A stretch of DNA of 32,000 nt from Nitrososphaerota archaeon (GTDB lineage Archaea; Thermoproteota; Nitrososphaeria; Nitrososphaerales; UBA57): assembly GCA_024860875.1 (NCBI GenBank), contig JACPSZ010000015.1, forward strand, positions 142,650 through 174,649, given 5' to 3'. The position numbers and the translations under genes are program-made. Positions 15,691-23,758 of this stretch are shown here, one piece after another. The notes under the pieces were generated by a model. That model ran no database searches, was not told where the DNA came from, and saw only the letters and a program-made list of their open reading frames with translations. Position 1 is the stretch's first letter. Every line of letters begins with the position of its first letter.

Positions 15691-17370
15691 CTATGATTGT
15701 GCTTGATCGTGCAAAGCCTTGTCCAGGAATTCCTGAAACATCCTTACGGAACTTGCATAGGCGCCGCAGGCAACCGCATTCCTTCGTATTGCTGCTAATT
15801 TATTCTTCTCGTACTCGCCTAACATGAGTTCTAATTTATTGTAGAACTCCTCCTGATTCCTAAAGGCGAAGCTGTTCACTCCATCCTCACACAGCTCTGG
15901 AAATCCTCCTGCTAAAGTGCCCAGAACGGGTACACCTGCCATCATAGCTTTCATGTAACTAGTTCCACACGCTTCCAGATCTTCTATAGGAGTATATATC
16001 ATAAAGTCCAACCCGTTCAGAATAATCGCGTGATTTCCCAAGTTGTAATTTTTTACAAATGTTAGGCGCATGTCACCATCCAGACTCTGAATTACCTTGT
16101 GATACTCGAGTATCTCAGCTTTGGCTTGCATATCCTCCGGATGGGCCTTTCCTGCCTGGATGTGTTGCAGGCCGTATCTTGCTACTATGCCCTTCAATCG
16201 TCCAATATCATTGAAGAGGTAGAGTGATCGCTTATAGACTGTCTGCCTTCTCGCGAAACCAGAGATAGGTCTATCTATCGAAAATTCAACACCAGTTTCC
16301 GTTTTGATATAATCTATCAAATCGGCCTTATCCAATTCGTGTGCTGCCTGCAATTCTTCCAAAGGAATTTTTTCCGCTCTTCTGAATGATTTGGGTTCAG
16401 TCCTCCAGGATCCTAAATATTTGTCGTAGACCTCTTGCTTGTGCTCGGAAACATGAGACCAATGAACACCGTTTGTAAGATGGTCAATAGATTTATTTGG
16501 GAAAATTTGCTGCGCTAATTCCCTATGCTGTTTTGATACAGCGAGTACTCTTCCAGTTAGATGTGCTGCCATTTGGCTCAGACTCAGTTCACCCTCTCTT
16601 GCAAGTTCTCCAAGATCCGCGCTCAACAAAATCCCGCTTGTCGCATCATTTTCCAACCTCCCCTTTAGGTATTCAAAATCGTAAACGTCATGTCCATGCG
16701 TAAGAGCCGTGTGAGTAACGAAACTTGAATGCTCTCTGAGCATTTTCTCATCTTTAAACATTCTGAGAAGTTCGACCAGAGCCAGTCCTGCGTTGCTTTC
16801 GTTTATCTTAAAATGAAGTTTATGTATGTCATAACCTAATTTGCTTAACATTCTAACACCCCCGACGCCCAAAACTATAGATTTGGCAGCCTTATCACCC
16901 CGATAAAGGTGGGCATCCATACCGTCGACACTCAGGTACAAGAGGGTCTGGGATTCTGCCCCACGAGGAGTATATTCGTAGCAAAAGACTTCCCTATCTA
17001 TGTCATCAATGTTTACCTTTACTGTCTCTTTCCTACGTATCATAAGATACGAAGGATTGAAATACTCATCTAAGTCAACCTGCTCGCCCTTTTGGGTTAT
17101 GTCCTGTCTGACATAGCCATTCTGGTGCAGAAGGCTTACTGCCACATACGGGTGCCTCAAATCCCACGCGGTCAAGAAATTGTCACCCTCCAAAACCCCC
17201 AGCCCGCCAGCATGGGGAGTTGCCAGGTTTGGCCAAGTCGATGATTTGGTATATGATGAGCCTAGCGGTTCTTCATGAGGAGTTGCAAACCCCTTTCTTC
17301 CATCCAGCAAGAGACCGAATTCCATTGAGAATGAGGCTATGGTTTTCTTATCGTCCAATCCTGGGTCCAA
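15691..17370 (-). CDS. Alpha-glucan (glycogen/maltodextrin) phosphorylase family protein, GT35, short form
   Basis: The N-terminal IASFSMEFGL … HAGGLGVLEGD is typical of the family. The C-terminal EACGTSYMKAMMAG has Lys where GT4/GT5 enzymes have the second Glu of E-x7-E, matching the PLP-Lys motif EASGT(G/S)NMK of phosphorylases. Confidence 0.8.
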   Translation of the reverse strand: MDPGLDDKKTIASFSMEFGLLLDGRKGFATPHEEPLGSSYTKSSTWPNLATPHAGGLGVLEGDNFLTAWDLRHPYVAVSLLHQNGYVRQDITQKGEQVDLDEYFNPSYLMIRRKETVKVNIDDIDREVFCYEYTPRGAESQTLLYLSVDGMDAHLYRGDKAAKSIVLGVGGVRMLSKLGYDIHKLHFKINESNAGLALVELLRMFKDEKMLREHSSFVTHTALTHGHDVYDFEYLKGRLENDATSGILLSADLGELAREGELSLSQMAAHLTGRVLAVSKQHRELAQQIFPNKSIDHLTNGVHWSHVSEHKQEVYDKYLGSWRTEPKSFRRAEKIPLEELQAAHELDKADLIDYIKTETGVEFSIDRPISGFARRQTVYKRSLYLFNDIGRLKGIVARYGLQHIQAGKAHPEDMQAKAEILEYHKVIQSLDGDMRLTFVKNYNLGNHAIILNGLDFMIYTPIEDLEACGTSYMKAMMAGVPVLGTLAGGFPELCEDGVNSFAFRNQEEFYNKLELMLGEYEKNKLAAIRRNAVACGAYASSVRMFQEFLDKALHDQAQS

Positions 17371-18098
17371 CCACTCCCTGTGATTTTAGGGTTCTGTATT
17401 CCTAGTCCATACTCTAACATATTAGTCATCCAGCTTGATCCCTTTTGCTTCTTGCGTCCCGTTTGAGTCATCAATCACAAGTCTAGGCCTTCCGCCCGAC
17501 GCCTTTCTCCAAGGCTTTCAGGGTGTCGATGAGGAAACCTTTTCATGTCCCCACGTCTGGAAGCTACCTCCCGGAATCGTCCTTCTAGAACCTCTTTTAC
17601 AGCCACTTTGAACTTTCCTACGCGACCAACGATCGCGTTATCTATTTAACTGTGTAGGTAGATCACGTTTTCATAGAACCTTAGTAGGGATACACATTCG
17701 ATCATCGATGCAAGAAGCTCCTCTTCATGAGCCGCTAGTTCGGGTAGAGACGAATGGAACATTAGGCAACGGTTGGATTGGCACATGCTAAACTGTGCTC
17801 CCCAGTCCAACTCCAAGTATTTCTTAAAACCCATATGATCTTTGTCTTGACGACAAAGCACCCCGTGAGCTGGACTTCCCTCCAGAAAGCTCCGAGTGGG
17901 TCGATTCCGGGCGGCCTCACCGCCTAGGATTATACGATGGTATTGAAAGTACGCTCAAAACATATCTTATCTCCTGATTTCCAGGAAAAAAGTTCTCAGA
18001 TAAAGCCTTCCGCCAAACCGTTCAAGAATTAATATGCAATCGCAGGTGCTTTAGACTCGTGCGCTGATAAGCTTGTGGTGCTTAAGTTGACTTTTCGA

Positions 18099-19298
18099 CT
18101 ATTGAGGTTTCCATACTCCGGCTTCGTGTTCACTCATCAACCGTTGATAAACCCTGCGTGTTTTCTCAGCAATCAAATCCCATCGATAAAAAGAGGTGAC
18201 TCTTTCGTACGCTCGTTTGCGTAGTGAGTCTGCGTAGGTTGGTTCCTGAAGGATCTTGGTTATTGCTTTGGAAATGGAGTTTGCCCTAGGATATGCAATT
18301 ACGGCACTGATGTTATCTTCAAGGATTTCACCCAGCCCTCCCACGCCTGTCGAGACAATTGGTGCCCCAGCAGCCATGGCTTCCAGAGCAACGATGCCGA
18401 AGGGCTCGTAAAGCGAGGGGACGACGCACGCATCAGCGGCACGGAATAGCAATCTCACGGTCTCCGTGTCAAGGAAACCAGAAATATACACCTTCTTCGC
18501 TAGGCCCATCTCTTCGACTCTCTTTAGAAGCGTATCTTTCATATACCCCTCTCCCACCATGACGAACCTAGCATCTATGTTGCGGAGGACTTTGGGCACT
18601 GCTTCGACCAACAGATCCACCCCTTTTTCCCGAACAAATCTCCCTACGTAGAGAACGAGCTTTTCTCCAGATGCAACAAAGCGGGAACGGAAAGCCTCTC
18701 TATCATAAGGGACTTCGAACGGCGAAGTGTTGATCCCATTTGGTATTACATCTATCTTGTAATCGGGAACTAACAGCGATTTCTTGATCTCCTTCAACAT
18801 ATAGCCACTACAGCAAATCACGCGCCGAGCTTCCCTAGTAAGCCATCTCTCGGTTGAACTGATCATTCGCTGATAATCATTGTAGATTCCCTTGCTCCGA
18901 CCATATTCCGTGGAGTGGATAGTCGCCAATAGTGGGAGACGAAACAAATGCTTGAGGCCAATGGCGGCATTAGCGACAAGCCAGTCATGGGCATGCAGAA
19001 TGTGGATTTTATCCCTGACATTTGCCAAAACTTCTGTAGCCTTTGCTTGCATGTTAACATTCATCATCGAAGTCCATGTTGCGAAGTCCGGTGTTGGAAA
19101 CCTGTATGAATCGACACGATAAACCCTAACTCCATCGATCACCTCATAATCGGGTGCACCGGGAAAGTCACAAGTTACCACAAAGACCAAAACTCCCTTT
19201 CTGGCAAGAGCCCTTGAGAGCTCGTACACGTGCGGAGCTATTCCTCCAATAATTCTAGGTGGAAATTCCCACGAGAACATCATTACTCCAACGCTCAA
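18099..19298 (-). CDS. GT4 family GT-B glycosyltransferase, probable glycogen (alpha-glucan) synthase
   Basis: The N-terminal motif is FSWEFPPRIIGGIAPHV. The C-terminal nucleotide-sugar domain has E-x7-E (PSLYEPFGIVALEAMAAGAPIV). The genomic context is glucan metabolism. Confidence 0.8.
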   Translation of the reverse strand: MSVGVMMFSWEFPPRIIGGIAPHVYELSRALARKGVLVFVVTCDFPGAPDYEVIDGVRVYRVDSYRFPTPDFATWTSMMNVNMQAKATEVLANVRDKIHILHAHDWLVANAAIGLKHLFRLPLLATIHSTEYGRSKGIYNDYQRMISSTERWLTREARRVICCSGYMLKEIKKSLLVPDYKIDVIPNGINTSPFEVPYDREAFRSRFVASGEKLVLYVGRFVREKGVDLLVEAVPKVLRNIDARFVMVGEGYMKDTLLKRVEEMGLAKKVYISGFLDTETVRLLFRAADACVVPSLYEPFGIVALEAMAAGAPIVSTGVGGLGEILEDNISAVIAYPRANSISKAITKILQEPTYADSLRKRAYERVTSFYRWDLIAEKTRRVYQRLMSEHEAGVWKPQ

Positions 19299-19310
19299 TT
19301 AATGATCCTC

Positions 19311-19928
19311 TTATTGATGGGCTATAACCTGATTGTACGTATCGAGAGTTTCTCCTAACCATGAGGTTGACTCTGGAATGTAGCGCACTTTTGATGGAGG
19401 GACTTGATGAACACTCTCCACTTCAGATTTCAAGAGCTTGGACCTAGTTATGATTTTATCTGATTCGTATGCACCGACCCGCTCGAGTCCTTTTATACAT
19501 GCACTAAGAGGAGCAGATGGATCTGAGGATCGCTTGCTCTCCAAACTGTGGAAAGTCAGAACAAACGGGATGCCAAAGGCCCTTTTCAGAGCTGTTGCGG
19601 CGGTTACAAACTGCCACTCATGATCATCTATTATATCGAATTTCCTTGATTTGTCATAGTAAATTTCGGCTACAATTCTTTGGATTTCAGAAGTAAGGCT
19701 AAGCGCCCATGTCACCACATTTACATGTGGCTTAACGGGATTTGGCACACGATATATTTCTAGGCTGTTAGATACTTTTTCATGTAGATATGGTGCGTCG
19801 TGACACGTAATTACACACACATCATTTTCTTCCGATAATTCTTGTGCGAGCTTTTCAACATAATGCGCCATATCGCCCACGATTCTAGGTGGGTATTCCC
19901 ATGTTAGTATTGCGATGGTAAGACGCAT
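19311..19928 (-). CDS. N-terminal-domain-only paralogue of the adjacent GT4 glycosyltransferase (205 aa)
   Basis: It aligns by eye with residues 1 to about 190 of the 18099-19298 product. ILTWEYPPRIVGD matches MFSWEFPPRIIGG, VITC matches VVTC, YRV matches YRV, DHEW matches AHDW, and PFVLTFHSLE matches PLLATIHSTE. It ends before any C-terminal Rossmann domain or E-x7-E motif. It lies 12 nt upstream of the full-length gene. Confidence 0.75.
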   Translation of the reverse strand: MRLTIAILTWEYPPRIVGDMAHYVEKLAQELSEENDVCVITCHDAPYLHEKVSNSLEIYRVPNPVKPHVNVVTWALSLTSEIQRIVAEIYYDKSRKFDIIDDHEWQFVTAATALKRAFGIPFVLTFHSLESKRSSDPSAPLSACIKGLERVGAYESDKIITRSKLLKSEVESVHQVPPSKVRYIPESTSWLGETLDTYNQVIAHQ

Positions 19929-19937
19929 AAAGTCACG

Positions 19938-20192
19938 CTATGTAAAAGTGGAAGATACCCTGATAATTCCCTTCCCTGTAAGAAAGTAATGTAACAACCC
20001 TTGTCTGCCCTTTATGGTCTTAATGTAGCCAGACTCCTCTTGTTTCTCTAGGATCTCCACCAACTGCTCGCTGGGTATCCTTGCCATTTTCTTTAATTCA
20101 CTAATTGCCTGGCTTCTTCTTTCATCGATAATGCCCAAATTATGCATTAAAAGCAGAAGTCGATCTGAGGTCGAAAGTTTCCGCAAACTCAT
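19938..20192 (-). CDS. Small winged-helix-type DNA-binding protein (84 aa); first gene of the synthase operon
   Basis: The pattern is helix-turn-helix plus wing (SQAISELKKMARIPSEQLVEILEKQEESGYIKTIKGRQGLLHYFLTGKG). It has an ATG start and lies 9 nt upstream of the half-GT gene. The subfamily was not determined. Confidence 0.6.
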   Translation of the reverse strand: MSLRKLSTSDRLLLLMHNLGIIDERRSQAISELKKMARIPSEQLVEILEKQEESGYIKTIKGRQGLLHYFLTGKGIIRVSSTFT

Positions 20193-20214
20193 AAGATCGG
20201 CTGTTGGACACCTA

Positions 20215-20270
20215 GATATTAAATATCATGTCATATTTGTAGCCTGAAAAAGCCGCATATTGTATGACAT
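20215..20270 (-). promoter_or_regulatory. Region holding the pgk terminator and the promoter/operator of the wHTH-synthase operon
   Basis: The near-palindrome GATATTAAATATC (20215-20227) is centred 29 nt upstream of the ATG at 20192. The 8-bp inverted repeat ATGTCATA (20228-20235) / TATGACAT (20263-20270) has a 27-nt spacer. That spacer contains a T5 run on the minus strand (20246-20250), shortly after the pgk stop (20286). Confidence 0.3.
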
Positions 20271-20285
20271 CCGCGTTTGGCCAAA

Positions 20286-21515
20286 TTATGCTTCGGTAAG
20301 AGAGGGCTCCATTACGGATTTGTCATTTAGAATTGAAATTCCCGGAAGTTCTTCTCCTCCAATATACGCCAGCGAAGCAGAACCGCCTGTGGAAATGTGT
20401 GTGACTTCCCTCTCAGAGACGCCCGCAACTCTAAGCGCAGCAATCGAATCTCCACCACCCATAATGGTCGTGCAACCTCTATGATACGCGAGTGCAACAC
20501 TTCTTGCAACATCTATGGTTCCATGTGAAAACTGCTCTTTCTCGAAGAGACCCATAGGACCATTCCATAAGATTGTTCTGTTACCAGTTGCAAGTTCTGT
20601 AGTGTACCCCTTGGCAGCATCTCTCCCAATATCGAAACCCTTCAGAGACTTTGGAATTTCACCCAACACAAGGCGTATGCTCTTAACATCGTCTGCATTT
20701 GTAGAAACTATATGATCTTGAGGTAGTATTACTTTGTGACCTTGCTTTGATAGAACCTCGGAAGCCCAACTAATCGATTCTTGCTCGACAAGAGAATCCC
20801 CAACGGAAACACCCTTAGATGCGAGAAATGTGTATGCGACACACCCTCCAACAAGAACTTTGTCAGCCTTGTCGATCAAATGTCTTAATGCTTCAAGCTT
20901 ATCCTTTATCTTTACGCCACCAACAACAACTGCAAATGGTCGTTCCGGTCCTTCCCTAATCTTGGTCATGTGCTCTAGTTCCCCCTGGACTAAGAAACCA
21001 GCAAGTCGGTATTCAAAATGGCGTGCCATGCCATATGTTGAAGCGTGTTTTCTGTGCGATGTGCCAAAGGCATCGTTGACGTATATGTCAGCCAGCGAAG
21101 CAAGTTCTGAAGAGAATTTTTCATCACAGGCTTCCTCACCTTCATGAAACCTAAGGTTCTCAAGTAATAGAACATCGCCATTTTTCATGTTTCTAATGGT
21201 TTGATTTACCTTATCCCCGATGCAGCTACCGACGAAGTTTACATTGGCTTTTAGAATCTCGGCCAGTCTCATCGCAATTGGTTTCAGCGAGAATTTAGGA
21301 TCAGGCTTGTTTTTGGGCCTTCCTAGATGCGAAGCAAGTATGACCTTAGCCTTTCTCGATGTCAAATAATCTATCGTTGGAATAGCCCTTCTGATTCTAG
21401 GAGGATCGGGATCAATCTCAAGGTTGGGTACATTGAAGTCTATTCTTACGAAAACCTTCTTTCCTGCATAATAGCTGGCGGGGATGTCGGATATTATTAT
21501 CTTATTTATGTTCAA
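20286..21515 (-). CDS. pgk: Phosphoglycerate kinase
   Basis: PGK motifs are present: VFVRIDFNVP, RIRRAIPTIDYL, ASHLGRPK, NLRFHEGEE and MGGGDSIAAL. The start is TTG. The DFNVP / SHLGRP motifs are of the bacterial/eukaryotic sequence type. Confidence 0.95.
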   Translation of the reverse strand: MNINKIIISDIPASYYAGKKVFVRIDFNVPNLEIDPDPPRIRRAIPTIDYLTSRKAKVILASHLGRPKNKPDPKFSLKPIAMRLAEILKANVNFVGSCIGDKVNQTIRNMKNGDVLLLENLRFHEGEEACDEKFSSELASLADIYVNDAFGTSHRKHASTYGMARHFEYRLAGFLVQGELEHMTKIREGPERPFAVVVGGVKIKDKLEALRHLIDKADKVLVGGCVAYTFLASKGVSVGDSLVEQESISWASEVLSKQGHKVILPQDHIVSTNADDVKSIRLVLGEIPKSLKGFDIGRDAAKGYTTELATGNRTILWNGPMGLFEKEQFSHGTIDVARSVALAYHRGCTTIMGGGDSIAALRVAGVSEREVTHISTGGSASLAYIGGEELPGISILNDKSVMEPSLTEA

Positions 21516-21901
21516 GTTAGGTTATTCACCTAGAAATAAGAGGCGTCTTAATTCCTTTGCGCATAAGAAAGAAAATATGCGTGGAATCACGATTTTTGGT
21601 ATGACCTCTTTCTAGATCCTTGTTAGGACAGGATGGTATTATGCATCTGAAAACAAGTGGCAGGTCGGAGGCAGGGCTGTTACCAATGTATGTTGACTGC
21701 CGACTTACTTTTAGTAATGAGCCAGCCATTGCATTTTGACGAAGGAATCTGGATGTGCTTGATAGACAAGAAACGATAAAAGGTTTCCAAAAATTCCAAC
21801 CTCACAACTCAAAATTACCCTTTCATCACCAGTAACCAATCAACTACCACTAATCTCTTACCTGATCGGCTAAGCTACAATTTCTCACAAACCTTCAACA
21901 G

Positions 21902-21909
21902 TTTTATAA
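21902..21909 (+). promoter_or_regulatory. TATA-like box upstream of the PGM/PMM gene
   Basis: TTTTATAA is centred about 25 nt upstream of the GTG at 21931 and is followed by a T7 run. The spacing is consistent with a leaderless or near-leaderless archaeal transcript. Confidence 0.35.
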
Positions 21910-21930
21910 CGCTTTTTTTCAATATGGCGA

Positions 21931-23304
21931 GTGAGAAGCAGTAGAAACATTTTCCGCGCTTATGACATTCGCGGAGTTTATGGTAAGGACTTGAACGAGG
22001 AAACCGCTGAACTTGTCGGCAAGGCTTTCGGAACGTTCGTGGGGAAGGAGAGAATCGTAGGAGTAGGTAGGGATGTGCGATCAAGCGGCCTTGGATTAAA
22101 GCGAAGGTTAACCGAAGGACTAACCTCTGTAGGCTGCGATGTTATCGACTTTGATATGGTGACCACTCCAATGCTCTCAATTTTCGTAAGAAACAGACAA
22201 CTCGATGGGGCAGTTATGGTTACTGCTTCACATAATCCAGCAGAATGGAATGGATTCATCCTAATCAACAAAAGTGGACATTTTTGTTCAGAAGGAATGG
22301 GGATGGAGGAGATCCGGCAAATTGTCTTAGACAAGAAATTTTCAGAAACTAGTAAGCAAGGGAGTGTTAGCAAAGAAGACGGGCTGGAGGATTACATAGA
22401 TTTTATTCTCTCTAAGGTGAAAATAACGAGGAGATTGAAGGTGGTTCTCGACCCTGGTAACGGGTCCGCTTCTCTAATCGCAAAAAAAATTTTCGAAAAG
22501 GTGGGATGCGAGGTAGTAGCAATAAACGATTATCCTGATGGGAACTTTCCAGCAAGAGTTCCTGATGTCATTGAAGATGCTCTAGCTGCTCTAAAGAAAA
22601 AAGTTGTAGAAGCTAGAGCCGACATTGGCATAGCGTTTGATTGTGATGTGGACAGGGCGGCCTTCATAGATGAAAAAGGTGGGTATCTAGGATCAGGTAA
22701 CATTACTATTGCACTGTTTGCAGACTACTACCTGAGCACAAACCCCACTAGAAAGATAGTATTCGATGTCGCTTGCTCGTCAGCAGTTGAAGAGTTCGTA
22801 AGATCTCGGGGTGGAATTCCAGTAGTAAATAGGGTCGGTCATGCATTTATCATAAACAGGATGATAGAGGAGAACGCTATCTTTGGGGGTGAATACAGTA
22901 ATCATCTTTACTTTTCTGATATATATGGCTCTGACGATGCTATCTTTGCCGGACTCAAGATGGCGGAGATTCTATCAAAAAAGAATAAGAGACTCTCTGA
23001 GTTGGTTGCAAGCGTACCAAGATACCCCAACACTATCAAAGAAATTAGTTGCTCCGATGAAAAGAAGTTCGAGGTTGTTGAAAGCATCAAAAAGCGACTT
23101 GAAGATGACGGTTACAAAATACTCGCCTTGGATGGCGTGAAAGTCTATACTGATAAGGGCGCCTTCCTGATTCGCGCTTCTAATACGACACCCGCTATTA
23201 AGCTAAGCGCGGAAGCCAAAAATGAGCAGGATTTACGCGAGCTATCAGATTTCGCCAGACATCTAATCGAGGAAGAGTTAGATAAATCCGGCTTTCACGC
23301 ATAA
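21931..23304 (+). CDS. Phosphoglucomutase / phosphomannomutase (alpha-D-phosphohexomutase superfamily)
   Basis: The catalytic Ser loop is VTASHNPAEWNGF. The Mg-binding motif is GIAFDCDVDRAAF. The sugar-binding loop is GGEYSNHLYF. The C-terminal phosphate-binding segment is RASNTTPAIK. Confidence 0.9.
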   Translation: MRSSRNIFRAYDIRGVYGKDLNEETAELVGKAFGTFVGKERIVGVGRDVRSSGLGLKRRLTEGLTSVGCDVIDFDMVTTPMLSIFVRNRQLDGAVMVTASHNPAEWNGFILINKSGHFCSEGMGMEEIRQIVLDKKFSETSKQGSVSKEDGLEDYIDFILSKVKITRRLKVVLDPGNGSASLIAKKIFEKVGCEVVAINDYPDGNFPARVPDVIEDALAALKKKVVEARADIGIAFDCDVDRAAFIDEKGGYLGSGNITIALFADYYLSTNPTRKIVFDVACSSAVEEFVRSRGGIPVVNRVGHAFIINRMIEENAIFGGEYSNHLYFSDIYGSDDAIFAGLKMAEILSKKNKRLSELVASVPRYPNTIKEISCSDEKKFEVVESIKKRLEDDGYKILALDGVKVYTDKGAFLIRASNTTPAIKLSAEAKNEQDLRELSDFARHLIEEELDKSGFHA

Positions 23305-23726
23305 TCGGCATATGCCATATATTCTTGCTGTCTGGGGGAAGGAAGAAGTTAATAGAATCAATGATCGCGAATTTCTGAGAAGGTAATATGATTTCAAAAC
23401 GTGATACAAATGTCTCCGTTCTTCTAGCTATAAGAATCTACCCGCTTGATAGGATTTCTGAGCAAATTAATGCTAACAGCCACCCCCGCACCATTTCACC
23501 TATGAAGAAGAACAATTGCTCCTTTAGCTGTTGCAATAAGAAGGTTTCATAAGATTAGTAGATGGAGGATAGATGTGTTTCATGACTCGTCTCTGTGTCC
23601 ATGGATCTCCCATGGCACCATTCACCTACCTCCGTCTAAAGAATTGGTAGAAATTCCTCTAAATAAACAAGAAGTACGATTCTCATTGTTGATTCCGACG
23701 TCAACGCCTTAAGTCTAGCTGTTTCT

Positions 23727-23757
23727 AAAAAATTTGGAGGACGCCCTCCCTCGAGGG
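23727..23757 (-). terminator. Hairpin plus T6 run directly downstream of the decayed surface-protein gene
   Basis: The minus strand reads TGA-GCCCTCGAGGGAGGGCGTCCTCC-AAATTTTTT. The elements are the CCCTCGAGGG palindrome (23748-23757), the GGAGG/CCTCC stem (23736-23749), and then T6 (23727-23732). Confidence 0.4.
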
Positions 23758-23758
23758 C

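Noticed and set aside
17483-17927. MITE-like 445-bp segment bounded by the inverted repeat CTAGGCC..CCGCCCG
   Set aside because: The terminal repeats are imperfect with a 4-nt indel, no target-site duplication is present, and there is no second copy in the window.
21526-21729. 67-aa minus-strand ORF in the 415-bp pgk/PGM divergent intergenic region
   Set aside because: It has no recognisable motif or promoter geometry, and it would sit inside the probable promoter region of pgk. No stable RNA fold was evident either.
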